From contig CAWJSR010000055.1 in NCBI GenBank assembly GCA_963845515.1, positions 32,001-96,000 on the forward strand: DNA of 64,000 nt. Reading direction: 5' to 3'. The DNA is from an uncultured delta proteobacterium. GTDB lineage: Bacteria; Myxococcota; Myxococcia; Myxococcales; Anaeromyxobacteraceae. Positions 38,195 to 48,408 of the stretch are shown in pieces (position 1 is the stretch's first letter; the number at the start of each line of letters is the position of its first letter). A program made the position numbers and the translations under genes. Under the pieces are notes generated by a model. The model was not told the DNA's origin, did no database searches, and saw nothing but the letters and a program-made list of their open reading frames with translations.

Positions 38195-39709
38195 TCACTT
38201 CGGGGATCCGACCTCTGCGAGCATCCTGCGGACCGACTCGGGCAGCTGGCCTCCGCCGGCCCCGTGCTGCATCTTCGGCATCCTGGTGCCGAGGTGGCCA
38301 AAGTACTTACCGTAGGACTTCATCATCTCTTCGAAGGCGCTCAGCATGTAGCGCCGCTTGAAGCCCTCGGGGAGCGCCAGGACCTCCGGGAGCTTCTTCG
38401 CGTAGAAGGTCATGTAGCAGCGCCCAAGCGCGACCGAGACGTCCTCCAGGCTCATCGCGTAGGGCTCGATGATCGGCGTCGCGAGGTTGTACCTGGAGTA
38501 GTCGTGGACGCGCACCCGATCCTTCAGCTGCTCGTAGATCGGCGTGAACGGCATCGGCGTCAGCACCGGGAAGACGGCGACGTCAGGGTTCAGCCGGATC
38601 GCCACCTCGATGGTCCTGTCGATCGACTCCTGGGTCTCCGTCGGGTGACCGATCATGAAGGACGCCTCGGTGATGAGGTCGTTCTCCCGGGCGAGCTGGA
38701 GCGCCTTCGCGTTGGTGCTGACGCTGGTCCCCTTGTTGAGGCTCACCAGCAGCTCGTCGGTGCTCCCCTCCGCCCCGAGGTAGAGGTGGACGATCCCCGC
38801 CTCCCGGTACTTGTGGAGGATGTCGGCGTCCCGGACGATGTCCTCGACCCGCGTCTCCATGAGCAGCATGACGCCCAGCTTCGTCTCGATCAGCAGATCG
38901 AGCAGCCGCTCCCAGCGCGCCCGGTCGCTCGTCGGATACGGGTCGATCATCGTGATCGCCTCGACGCCGTACTTCTCCACGAGCAACCGCATCTCGGCGA
39001 CCGAGTCCTCCGGGCTCCGCGCGCGCCAGTCGCCGCGCCAGAAGGCCCGGTGGCTGCAGAAGGAGCAGCCCATCATGCAGCCGCGCGACGTGAGGACCGA
39101 GGCCATCCGGCCATAGGGCGCGATGTGGTACCGGTAGAGGCTCCAGTCGAGCAGGTGCCAGGCCGGCTTCAGCGCGTCGAGGTCGGCGAGGTGCTGGCGC
39201 AGCTCGGTGGCCACCACGTCGCCGCCGCGCCGGAACGCGAGCCCCTTCACGCCCTCGAACCGTTCCCCCGGCAGGGCGTCCAGGAGCTCGGCGAGGGTCT
39301 CCTCCGCCTCGCCACGGAGGACGAAGTCCACGCGCTGGTCCCGATCCCGGAGCAGTTCCTCGTGCCTGAAGGTCGGGAACGGCCCGCCCATGATCGTCCG
39401 GATGGCGGGGTCCACGTCCTTCGCTATCCCCAGGGCCCGCAGCGCGTTGGGGACGATGGCCGTGCTGATGGCGCCGGTCACCGGGAGGTAGTCCCAGGCG
39501 ACCACCACGTCCGGCCTGACCCGCTCGACCTCGGCCCGGATCGACTCGAAGGTCCCGCCCTCCATGTTCATCGCGTCGAAGATCCGGGCCTCGTGGCCCG
39601 CCGCCTCCGCCGCCCCGGCGAGATAGGCGATCTGGAGTGGCGGCCAGCTGCCGATCGCTTCCACGCCCCAGTAGTTGTAAGGCGGGACGACGAACAGGAT
39701 CTTGCTCAC
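38195..39709 (-). CDS. Cobalamin-dependent radical SAM enzyme, BchE-like
   Basis: GTG start (SKILFVVPPY). B12-binding domain (WPPLQIAYLAGA, MGGPFPTF, RGEAE). RGCMMGCSFC. ETRVEDIVRDADIL..YREAG, TPMPFTP, DYSRYNLATPI, GFKRRYML. Confidence 0.9.
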   Translation of the reverse strand: MSKILFVVPPYNYWGVEAIGSWPPLQIAYLAGAAEAAGHEARIFDAMNMEGGTFESIRAEVERVRPDVVVAWDYLPVTGAISTAIVPNALRALGIAKDVDPAIRTIMGGPFPTFRHEELLRDRDQRVDFVLRGEAEETLAELLDALPGERFEGVKGLAFRRGGDVVATELRQHLADLDALKPAWHLLDWSLYRYHIAPYGRMASVLTSRGCMMGCSFCSHRAFWRGDWRARSPEDSVAEMRLLVEKYGVEAITMIDPYPTSDRARWERLLDLLIETKLGVMLLMETRVEDIVRDADILHKYREAGIVHLYLGAEGSTDELLVSLNKGTSVSTNAKALQLARENDLITEASFMIGHPTETQESIDRTIEVAIRLNPDVAVFPVLTPMPFTPIYEQLKDRVRVHDYSRYNLATPIIEPYAMSLEDVSVALGRCYMTFYAKKLPEVLALPEGFKRRYMLSAFEEMMKSYGKYFGHLGTRMPKMQHGAGGGQLPESVRRMLAEVGSPK

Positions 39710-39895
39710 GGAACGGACCTCATGCTCGAACCGGAATGCCCTGGGCAGCGTGCGGCAGAATACCACCGCTCGGCACACACCGCCGAGTCGGGCCCGGACG
39801 AATCCCAAGGGTTACGTGGGCCTGCGCATGTGGACCCGACGAGGCCGGATTCGGCCACGCCGGGCTGCTCTCGCGGCCCTTCCGACCCCGTCAGC

Positions 39896-41305
39896 TCACG
39901 CGGCGCCTTCGCTCCGCTCGTACGCCCCACGTGCCACCACGTCCCCCGGGTAGGCGACGTAGAGCGGCCCCCAGGACGGGTTCCTGTCGTGCATGGTCTT
40001 GAGCCCCGCCAGCATCCGCTGCATGAGCCGTCCGACGTCCGCCTCCGCCTGGAGGGCCTCGGTCACGGCTGCCGCGACGACGTGGGCGGCGTAGATCCCC
40101 GGCCCGTACCTCGCCGGGAGAGGCTTCGCCGACCGGAGGGGCTCCCGCAGCGCCATGACGATCTCCTCGTCCCCGTCGCGCCAGTCCTGGATCTCGCCGA
40201 GCGCGTGGTGCTCCAGCGCGGCCAGCTTCTCCCCGACGATGGTCTTCGCCACGACGGCTGCCGACCGCTTCGCCACCGTGACCGTCACGGGCGTGCTGCC
40301 GAGCCTCACCTGGCCGAGATCGCGGTCGGTCTCGTGCTCGAGGAGCGCTGCCCACCTCGCGGCCCCGTCGAAGGAGAGCAGTCGAACCGTCTCCGCACCG
40401 AGCCAGCCGCGGAGGATGTCCGCGGGGTGCGGGTCGTCCTTGGAGCCCACGTTCCTGAGCTGTGCCCTCCCCCGGTGCGCGCCGTTCAGCGCCCTGAAGT
40501 AGCCGATCAACCCGACCGCCGCGGCCGGCCCCATGTTCAGGATCCCCAGGACGTCCGACGCCGACTCGTCCAGCCGGGCCGCCCAGTAGTCCGCGATGAC
40601 CACCCCTAGCTTCGCGGCCGTGAGCCTCTCGCGGACCGCGCGCACCAGCTCGTCGTGGAGGCCGTCGTCGGCTGCGAGGATGTCGTGGCCGGCCGTCTCG
40701 TGCGCGAGCGCCGACCAGGCGAGCAGCCCTTCGCGCGCGTTGGCCGTTGGGAGGCTGACGATCGGCGCCTTCACCTCGAAGGAGGCGGTCGCGGTGACCG
40801 GCCAGGTGTACGGCCCCGCGTCGGCGTCGCCCCAGCGGACGAGCGGCGGGAGGACGCCGCGGTCGGGCGCCTTCACGCCGCGTCGATCCTCTGCGGAGAG
40901 GAAGCCGTCGTAGAGGTCGCTCACGACCTCCTGGAAGCCGTCGGTCGCGAGCTCACGGTAGCCCTCCCCGTTCTGCAGGATGCACTGCGCGATGTCGAAC
41001 ATGAGCCGCGCCGTCCCCTCGCGATCCGGATCCTCGCCGAGCACCTGCTCGAAGCCGCTGACGCCGAGGCCGTCGAGCGTCCGGACGAAGGGCTCGTGCA
41101 CCGACTTCAGGTAGAGCGGCGGCACCTTCCTGCGGGCCGCGTCGAGGCGCGCGCGGAGCGTCACGAAGTCCGAGGGGTCGGGGGGACCGTTCTCACGCGA
41201 GAGCGCTGCGGAGCGGGCGTCCTCGATGCATGCGGGGAGGTTGTCGAGCGCCGGCTGGACGACAGGCCGCGGCTGCTTCGTTCGAGCTGCTGGCTTCGAT
41301 GGCAT
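39896..41305 (-). CDS. Hypothetical protein with HExxGH metallopeptidase-like motif
   Basis: ALAHETAGHDIL followed by DESASDVLG and DPHP..LR. No signal peptide. Confidence 0.6.
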   Translation of the reverse strand: MPSKPAARTKQPRPVVQPALDNLPACIEDARSAALSRENGPPDPSDFVTLRARLDAARRKVPPLYLKSVHEPFVRTLDGLGVSGFEQVLGEDPDREGTARLMFDIAQCILQNGEGYRELATDGFQEVVSDLYDGFLSAEDRRGVKAPDRGVLPPLVRWGDADAGPYTWPVTATASFEVKAPIVSLPTANAREGLLAWSALAHETAGHDILAADDGLHDELVRAVRERLTAAKLGVVIADYWAARLDESASDVLGILNMGPAAAVGLIGYFRALNGAHRGRAQLRNVGSKDDPHPADILRGWLGAETVRLLSFDGAARWAALLEHETDRDLGQVRLGSTPVTVTVAKRSAAVVAKTIVGEKLAALEHHALGEIQDWRDGDEEIVMALREPLRSAKPLPARYGPGIYAAHVVAAAVTEALQAEADVGRLMQRMLAGLKTMHDRNPSWGPLYVAYPGDVVARGAYERSEGAA

Positions 41306-41415
41306 GCGTGAGCTCCCTCACTCCGAGTGGGCTCCGTGATGCCATACATTCACTCATCGTCCACCAACCCTCTAGGGGCGTGCGGCGCGCCAGCCCCGTG
41401 CTACGGTGCCATCGC

Positions 41416-41769
41416 ATGAAGGAGAAGCTCACCATCCTCAACGCCTTCGTCCACGACGTGGCGACCGGGACGTGGATCGGGACGCTGGTGCTCCTGACGA
41501 TCCTCCATCAGGAGACCCGGAAGCCGGCCTGGTTCCTCGCCGGCCCGCTGGTCCCCGGGCTCGAACGGAAGTTCCTCGTCCTCACCTGGGTGAGCCTCGG
41601 CCTCATCGTGGCGACGGGCGTCGTCAGGATGGTGACGTGGAAGGTCTTCGGCTGGACCGGCGACATGGAGCGCGACCGGATCCAGCTCCTGAAGATCAAG
41701 CACGCGCTGCTGGGGATCGTCTTCGCAGCGGGGACCGTCTGGCAGGTCCTGCTGGTCTACGGCTCATAG
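41416..41769 (+). CDS. Small 3-TM membrane protein (CopD/DUF4149-like)
   Basis: HDVATGTWIG, ATGVVR and LKIKH motifs with three hydrophobic helices. Confidence 0.65.
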   Translation: MKEKLTILNAFVHDVATGTWIGTLVLLTILHQETRKPAWFLAGPLVPGLERKFLVLTWVSLGLIVATGVVRMVTWKVFGWTGDMERDRIQLLKIKHALLGIVFAAGTVWQVLLVYGS

Positions 41770-41927
41770 AACGTTCGGCAAGCGCCCGCTTGCCCGACTC
41801 CCGGTCGACTGCCCGATCCGCAGGCTCCCGATCTTCATGGCCGTTTTGACCCTCGCGGAGTCCGGGTGTTAGGGGAAATCCCGTACACCGGCTCGCGGCG
41901 GTCGCGGTCGCGAAGGAGAAGATCCAG

Positions 41928-43421
41928 ATGACGACGCCCTCACCCGCTGACGCCCTCGCAGTCGCGGAGCGCAGGCAGCTCACCGAGGAGATCCTCGGCT
42001 TCATCGAGGCGGGCGTCGACGTCGAGCGTGCCCGACTTCAACGCGCTACGCGCTCCGCCTGTTCGCGCTGCAGTACGGGACCAACGCGATCTTCCGCGAG
42101 TTCTGCGACGCGAAGAAGGTGCGGCCGTGGCGGACGTCGACGCGCTGGCAGGACGTCCCGATGGTCTACAACGACGTCTTCAAGACCCACCTCGTCGCCT
42201 CCTTCCCGCTCGAGCAGTCGGTGATGGGCTGCCTCACCGGCGGCACGACCAGCCTCACGCAGCGCGGGCGGATCTTCCGCGACGAGGACGGCAAGCGGCT
42301 CGTCTTCGCGGCCAACCGGATGATGACCGGCTCCTACCTGTTCCCGGACTTCGAGGAGGGGAGGCGCTGCCGGATCCTGATCCTCGCGCCCGAGCCCCGA
42401 GCTGGCGCCGTCGATGGGGATGGCCATCGGGATGGACCAGACGCGGCGGGCCTTCGGGACGCCGGACAGCCAGTTCCTGCTCGGGAAGTCCGGCATCGAC
42501 GTCGACGGCGCTGCTCAAGGCGCTGCGCGAGTCCGAGGCGAGCGGCGTCCCGGTCGCGCTCATCGGCGCGACCGTCGGCGTACGTCTACTTCTTCCAGGC
42601 CTGCCGCCGGAAGAAGATGGCGTTCCAGCTGCCGCCCGGCAGCCGCATCTGCGACGGCGGCGGCTACCGCGGCCGCTTCGGCGTGGTGACCCGCGACGAC
42701 TACTACGCCATGGTCGAGGAGATCCTCGGCATCCCGGAGACCCACTGCGTCAACGTGCTCGGCGAGGCGGAGACGGCGACCAACCTCTTCGACGACTCGC
42801 TGCGCCGCCACGTGAAGGGGCTGCCGCCGCGCAAGCGGACCCGGCCCGGTGCCGCCCTGGTCGCGCGTGCTCGCGATGAGCATCGACACGCTGAAGCCGC
42901 TCCCCGACGGCGAGGTCGGGCTGCTCGCGCACTGGGACCTGGCGAACGTCCCGACGGTGCTGGCCGTCATCACCGACAACCTCGGCTACACCACCGACGG
43001 CGGACGCGGCTGCGAGATGGTGGGGCGCGCCAAGCTCGAGAACGGCAAGGTCTCGCCGCTCCCCGACGAGAAGCCCATCGGCGCGATGGGCGACTCGGCG
43101 ATCTTCCGGATGCTCGAGACCTACGTGAACTTCTCGATCGACCTGAAGATGCGGATCGGCGAAGGACCCGAAGGTCGGCGCCGAGCATCCGCGAGGAGAT
43201 CGAGGCGCGCCCGGGCTCGCGTCGCCTCCTGCCCGCAGGTGGTGGACGAGATCCTGGTCTCGCAGGCCGACGAGGAGGCCGCGAGGCTGCGCGACGCGTC
43301 GCTCGAGGCCTTCAAGGACCAGACCGACCGGCCGCTGGAGTGGTTCAGGGCGCAGGCGGAGAAGCAGGCGCTGACGGACCATCCGGCGGGCCTGCAGTCG
43401 GAGAAGGCGGTCGAGGAGTGA
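41928..43421 (+). CDS. LuxE-like acyl-protein synthetase / adenylate-forming ligase (several frameshifts)
   Basis: RBS AAGGAG. Motifs across frames: ALRLFALQY..N..FREFC, WQDVPMV..DVFK, TGGTT, LPPGSRICDGGGYRGR, NVLGEAE, PPWSRV, GLLAHWDLANV..VLAVITDNLG, GRA. Confidence 0.75.
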
Positions 43422-43464
43422 CGGGCCGGTCGGCCTCACGCGCTCTCCTGCTCCCGCTCCACCC

Positions 43465-43896
43465 TCACCCGACCAGCGGATTGCGCCAGCGGAGACCGGG
43501 GAAGCGCGCGAAGTCGGCGTCGTTCGAGTGGACCTCGCACTGGTGCTCGATCGCGAGGGCCGCGAGGTGAGCGTCCGTCGTGAGGTTCCCCGCCACGCCC
43601 ACGTCCCTGAGCAGACGACCTAGCACCTCCAGGTGCCGGGCTCCCGGATCCAGCGCCTCCACGTTCGCCCGGTCGAACCATGACTGGACGTGCGCCACGG
43701 CCCGCGCGGGCGCGAGGGGTGTCGAGAGGACCGCCGGGTGGGTCATGAGCCGGATGAAGCCGCAGGTCACCGCCCATGGCAGGCCTACGCCCTCCGAGCC
43801 GCTGAGCAGCCCCTCCCACCAGCGCCGCGCGGCGTCGTGATCGCGCGCGTCCCGGTTGTAGGCATAGACGAGCAGGTTGACGTCGGGGACGATCAC
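43465..43896 (-). CDS. vapC: PIN-domain toxin (VapC family)
   Basis: IVPDVNLLVYA, TDAHLAALAIEH, SNDADFARFPGLRWRNPL. Confidence 0.92.
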   Translation of the reverse strand: MIVPDVNLLVYAYNRDARDHDAARRWWEGLLSGSEGVGLPWAVTCGFIRLMTHPAVLSTPLAPARAVAHVQSWFDRANVEALDPGARHLEVLGRLLRDVGVAGNLTTDAHLAALAIEHQCEVHSNDADFARFPGLRWRNPLVG

Positions 43897-44159
43897 CTGG
43901 GGGAGCCGGCCTTCCGGGAGAACTCCTCCGCCTCGAGCTGATCTGCGAGTTGGTTTAGCCTCCCCTGGTCGACGCCGGGGCGGAACCCGCCCGAGTGCGG
44001 CTCGACGACGAAGGGGCTCTGGGCCGCTGCCTTCTCCTGCGCCGCCAACCCGCGGCGCAGGACCTCGTCGAGCGTCGCCTTGAACGAGCGGCGTTTCAGG
44101 TGCGCCAGCTTCTTCAGCTTGGCCGCGACGTCGGCGTCGAGGGTGACCGTCGTCCGCAT
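43893..44159 (-). CDS. vapB: Ribbon-helix-helix antitoxin (VapB-like)
   Basis: MRTTVTLDADVAAKLK...LRRGL. Overlaps the toxin start. Confidence 0.88.
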   Translation of the reverse strand: MRTTVTLDADVAAKLKKLAHLKRRSFKATLDEVLRRGLAAQEKAAAQSPFVVEPHSGGFRPGVDQGRLNQLADQLEAEEFSRKAGSPR

Positions 44160-44190
44160 GAAGGCATCATGATGCGCACCAGTCATGCTG

Positions 44191-45570
44191 TCAAGGTGAC
44201 GCCGACGGTGGCCCCTGCGCGAAGGGGCTCGCGCCGCTCAGCGGGAGCGCGCGCGCCTGCGCTGCCTCCCACTCCGCGCGCGCCTTGCCGTAGGCCACCT
44301 TCATCGGGAGCTGCGCCATCAGCGAGAACAGGTGCGTCTTCGGAAAGCCCGGCCCACGGGATGGCGCGCAGACGGTCGACGATGCGCCGGGCGCTGAAGA
44401 TCTCGCTGACGAGCTGGTGGTATTCGCGCTCGCGCCGCTCCGGGGTCGCCTCTGGGTCCGGGTGCTCGAACACGGCCCTGACGCCCGTGTAGGCCTCCCA
44501 CCCGAGCCCGGGGATCAGGTAGGGCCGGTATTCCTCGTAGAGCTCCGTGCCCGGTAGCGGCGTGGCCAGCACGGGGTGGATGCCGACGCGGAGCTCGTCC
44601 GCCAGCTCCAGGGTCCGCTTGAACGCCTCGAGCCCGTCCTCACGCGCGCCGAGCATCGTGAAGAGGACGACCTCGATCCCCTCGCCCCTGGATGCGCTTC
44701 ACCGCCTCGACGCGGTCCTTCCCCTGCTTCCCCTCCGCGCGGAAGCCCGCGAGCGTCTCCGCCGAGTCGGTCTCCCACCCGGCCCAGACCGAGTAGAGCC
44801 CGCTGCGGCGCGCGGCCTTCAGCACGCGCTCCCCCTCGGGTCCCTGGACGCTGCGCAGATCGCCGAAGCCGTACCAGGAGCGGCGCCTTCCCGCGGCGAT
44901 GGCGTCGAAGAGCGCGATGGCGCGGTCCGGATCGGCGCCCCAGATGTTGTCGTCGCCGTTGAACCAGATCGAGCCCGCCCGCGCCTCGATCTCCGCGGCG
45001 ACCTCGTCCACCGGCCGGTAGCGGATCTCGCTCCCGAAGAAGCGGCTGACCGTGCAGAACGAGCAGCTGGTACGGGCAGCCGCGCATCGTGAAGAACGCG
45101 CGGAAGTGGTACTGGCCGCGGAGCTTCGCGTCGATCGGCGTCGGGAGTCCGGCGAGCGGGAGCCGGACGCCGTCGTAGCGCGGCGCGGAGCCGCCCCGCC
45201 GACGCGTCGCGCAGCACCTCGCCCCAGACCGACTCGGCCTCGCCCACGACCACCGCGTCGGCGTGCAGCGCCGCCTCGTCCGGGAGCGCCGTCGCGTGGA
45301 TGCCGCCGAGCACCACCCGGATCCCACGCGCCCGGCAGCCGTCGGCGAACCGGTAGACCCACGGCGCCGTCGAGGTCCAGACGCTCATGCCGACGAGGTC
45401 GCCGCGGACGTCGTCCGGCGTGAAGCGGCGCCTGGTTCGCGTCCACGAGCTGGAGCTCGCGTCTCGGGCCGTTCGCGAAGCGTGAGCGCGCCGAGGTACT
45501 CCAGGATCGGCGGAACCATCGGCACGCGCCCGGAGAAGGGGAACTCGGGAGAGATCAGCGTGACCTTCAT
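44191..45570 (-). CDS. B12-binding radical SAM protein (several frameshifts)
   Basis: MKVTLISP..PPILEYL, VVLGGIHATALPDEA..HADAVVVGEAE, RGCPY.CSFC, GDDNIW, PLPGTELY. Paralog of 49763..51122. End is approximate. Confidence 0.82.
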
Positions 45571-47876
45571 CCGTGCTCCAGTCCGCCGGGAGTCGCCCGC
45601 CTGCGCCGCACGAACGCGATCCAGCCCGCCAGCACCCCGAGCCCGAGCGCCGACGCCCACTGGCCGGCCCGCACCTCCGGGGGACGGTAGCGCATCTCAA
45701 GCACGTGGCGGCCCGCCGGCCACCGCACCGCCCGGACCAGCACGTCGGCTGGGAAGATCGGCACGCTCCAGCCGTCGATGGTGGCCTCCCACCCCGGCCA
45801 CCAGGCGTCCGCGATCACGAGCGTCGCGGGTGCGTCCGCCTCGGCCTCGACCCGGAGCGACTCGAGCCCGCGCTCGATCGAGAGCACGCGCCCCGACGCG
45901 GCGTCGAACCGGCTCGAAGCCTCCACCACTACCGCCTCGCTCTGCGCGACGAAGGCGTCGACCGTCTCGAGGAGGGCGGCCTGCTCGTCCCTGACGACGC
46001 GAACCACGGGGGGAAAGCTCGCCCACTCCCGGTGGGGCACTGACCATATCTCCTTGCCCGCGGCGGAGCCGACGCGCGTGGCCCCGCTCGTCGCGATGGC
46101 ATAGGAGGCGTGCTGCTCGGCCGAGAGAGGCCGATCCACCACCACGTGCGTCCCTGCGTAGCGCCTCGACGCCGCCGGCCACTGGGCTCCGAAGGCGTTC
46201 CGCAGGCGCGCCAACCGCCCGGGGGTCAGGGCCTCGTAGTCGCTGAGCGTGTCGAGCCGAGAGCGGACGTTGGAGGCAGGGTACCCGAGCGCCGCGTTGT
46301 CGCGCCCCGCCTGATCGGACCAATCCAAACCGGGATCCGTGGAGATCGGGTCCCTGGTGAATGGCGTCACGATCCGGGGACCCGGAGCCTTCGCGTCCAG
46401 CGCCGGGCCAGGCGAGCGGAGGCGCGCAGCCGGATCGCCCGAGCGGAGCGCCATCGGCGAGGCCGCCGCCACGGCGCCCCAGGCCAGGACGGCCAGTGCG
46501 GTCCTTCCCCGAGCGGCGCCGAACCGACCTCGAAGAAGGAGCCAGCCCCCCAGCGCAGCCACCGCACCCAGCACGTGCCAAGCGCCGCGCAGCACGCGCG
46601 CCTCTGCTAAGACCGCCACGTCCGGTGCTAGCCCTGAGGCTACCAGGAAGCAGACTCCAATGGACGCGAGCCCCAGCGACACGGCCGCGCCGAAGACCCG
46701 CCACCCCGCGACCCGCTGCTCGACGACCGCATCGAACCCGATCCCCGCGAGCACCGCCAGGACGAGCGTCAGGGGGCCGACCAACTTCTCCGAGTAACGG
46801 AAAGCGCTCCAGATCGGCACCCACCGGAGCAAGGCATCCGCACCGAGCGCCGGCCCCAGCGCAAGCCAGAGGAGCACGAGGCAGAGCGCCGCCAGGACCC
46901 TGCCTCGCCGCCCTTCACGAGCGCCGGCGATCGCGAGCACCACCGGCAAGAGGCCGACGAACACGCTCGCGGCGAACGGCGCCGGGTTGATGCCTGCCGG
47001 CCAGCGGCCCGGACCGGCGAGCCCCTCGTACACGCGGTCCAGCATGGGGTCAGAGCCGCGGAGGAGCCCCGGCACGATCAGCTCCGGGATGCGCCACGGC
47101 TCGAAGGCCCATACCTTCGGTGTCCGGATCCACGCCTCTGCAGCGCGGATGGTCCGGGGGAGATTGGCGGCCGACGGGAGGAGTTGAACGCCGGCAACGA
47201 GCAGGCCGACGGTCCCCGCGGCGACGGCGCGCATCGAGCCGCGCCAGCCGCCTGCCTCCCAGGCGAGCGCGAACGCCAGGACGCAGCCGACTATCAACGA
47301 TTGAGCGTCGCCAGAGAAGGCGAGCACGACCACGCCGCCGACACCGAAGGCGAGCATGGATGGTCGGTGATCGACCGCGACGCGGCGCAGCCCGGCCAGG
47401 CAGAACGGCAAGCTCCCTGCCCCGGCGAGGAAGACGAGGTTGTCGGCCATCGACAGCACGAACCCCGAGGTCGCGAACGCGACGGCGGCGACGGCCGCGC
47501 CGGCGCGAGAGGCCCCCAGATCGCGCGCCAGCAGTGCGGCACCGAGGCCGGCGCAGGTCACGTACCCCCCGATGAGGACGTCTGCGCTCCGGCCCGTCCT
47601 CAGCCACGCCGTGAGGATCGAGACGGGGTGCAGGACGCCATGGATGGCGTCAGCGAGGAACGGCATCCCGGCGCCCATGAACGGGTTCCAAAGGGGCAGG
47701 CGAAAGGCGCGAAGCGCCTCGTCTACGATCCAGCGCTGAGGCGCGTAGAGGGTCTGCGTGTCGAACCAGACGAGCGTTCGACCGGCCAGCCAGTGGACGG
47801 CCAGCGGCGCCAGCACGGCGCAGGCAACTAGTGCCGGGAATGTCACCCGGATGATCCGAACGCGCACGCGCTCCAT
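45567..47876 (-). CDS. YfhO-family GT-C membrane glycosyltransferase
   Basis: LPLWNPFMGAGMPFLAD, FATSGF, AGVQLLP, FRYSEK, C-terminal LVIADAWWPGWEATIDG...GRHVLEMRYRP. Confidence 0.88.
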   Translation of the reverse strand: MERVRVRIIRVTFPALVACAVLAPLAVHWLAGRTLVWFDTQTLYAPQRWIVDEALRAFRLPLWNPFMGAGMPFLADAIHGVLHPVSILTAWLRTGRSADVLIGGYVTCAGLGAALLARDLGASRAGAAVAAVAFATSGFVLSMADNLVFLAGAGSLPFCLAGLRRVAVDHRPSMLAFGVGGVVVLAFSGDAQSLIVGCVLAFALAWEAGGWRGSMRAVAAGTVGLLVAGVQLLPSAANLPRTIRAAEAWIRTPKVWAFEPWRIPELIVPGLLRGSDPMLDRVYEGLAGPGRWPAGINPAPFAASVFVGLLPVVLAIAGAREGRRGRVLAALCLVLLWLALGPALGADALLRWVPIWSAFRYSEKLVGPLTLVLAVLAGIGFDAVVEQRVAGWRVFGAAVSLGLASIGVCFLVASGLAPDVAVLAEARVLRGAWHVLGAVAALGGWLLLRGRFGAARGRTALAVLAWGAVAAASPMALRSGDPAARLRSPGPALDAKAPGPRIVTPFTRDPISTDPGLDWSDQAGRDNAALGYPASNVRSRLDTLSDYEALTPGRLARLRNAFGAQWPAASRRYAGTHVVVDRPLSAEQHASYAIATSGATRVGSAAGKEIWSVPHREWASFPPVVRVVRDEQAALLETVDAFVAQSEAVVVEASSRFDAASGRVLSIERGLESLRVEAEADAPATLVIADAWWPGWEATIDGWSVPIFPADVLVRAVRWPAGRHVLEMRYRPPEVRAGQWASALGLGVLAGWIAFVRRRRATPGGLEHG

Positions 47877-47922
47877 GTCTCGCCACGATGGCCCGCGTCG
47901 ACGGCGGGCTGGAAGAGTTGAG

Positions 47923-48408
47923 CTACCGTGTGCCGGGGGGCGGCCTCGAGAACCCCCCGTCCACGTCGCGCAGCGCGACGCTACGTCGCCTGTTCACCAG
48001 CCCGTACTTCTCCGTCACCAGCGCGTCGCCGTCCACCCAGCAGGTGCCGTAGTTGGACTCCGCGACGTCGACGGCGACCGGCCTCCCGCGCCCGTCCCTG
48101 ATCACGGCCTCGACGAGCGCCATGTGCGCGCGCGACGCGAAGACCGCCAGGTCGCCCACCCGGACCTCGTCCGGCTGGATCCTCGTCGCCTGTGCCGCGC
48201 GCCCCTTCCCCAGGCGTCGTTCGACGTAGTCGGTGCAGAACCCGCCGCTCCGGAGCCAGCACCTCGTGTCGCCGACCGTGCAGCCCACCCGCTTCACCAC
48301 CTGGTTGACCACGCGGTTGGAGCAGACGGGGAGGTCCCCCGCGCTCCGCGCGTGCCCGCCGGATGCGGCTGTAGCGAGCGTCAGCGCCAGGGTCCAGGCT
48401 GCGCTCAT
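47923..48408 (-). CDS. Secreted CHAP-domain (Cys/His peptidoglycan amidase-like) protein
   Basis: Signal peptide. GGFCTDYV (catalytic Cys), VGDLAVF, HMALVEAV (His), ESNYG. Confidence 0.75.
   Translation of the reverse strand: MSAAWTLALTLATAASGGHARSAGDLPVCSNRVVNQVVKRVGCTVGDTRCWLRSGGFCTDYVERRLGKGRAAQATRIQPDEVRVGDLAVFASRAHMALVEAVIRDGRGRPVAVDVAESNYGTCWVDGDALVTEKYGLVNRRRSVALRDVDGGFSRPPPGTR

Noticed and set aside
38195..39709. Calling the gene bchE and inferring phototrophy
   Set aside because: No other bacteriochlorophyll or reaction-centre genes are in the window, and the similarity is judged from memory only.
41864..41889. GGTGT-TAGGG-GAAA-TCCC-GT-ACACC hairpin as a cobalamin or c-di-GMP/cGAMP riboswitch
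   Set aside because: I could not find the B12 box or the GEMM P2/P3 consensus. Kept only as a possible DNA motif; an Infernal/Rfam scan would settle it.
41928..43421. Bioluminescence (lux) operon
   Set aside because: No luxA/B/C/D genes; LuxE-like proteins are widespread in non-luminous bacteria.
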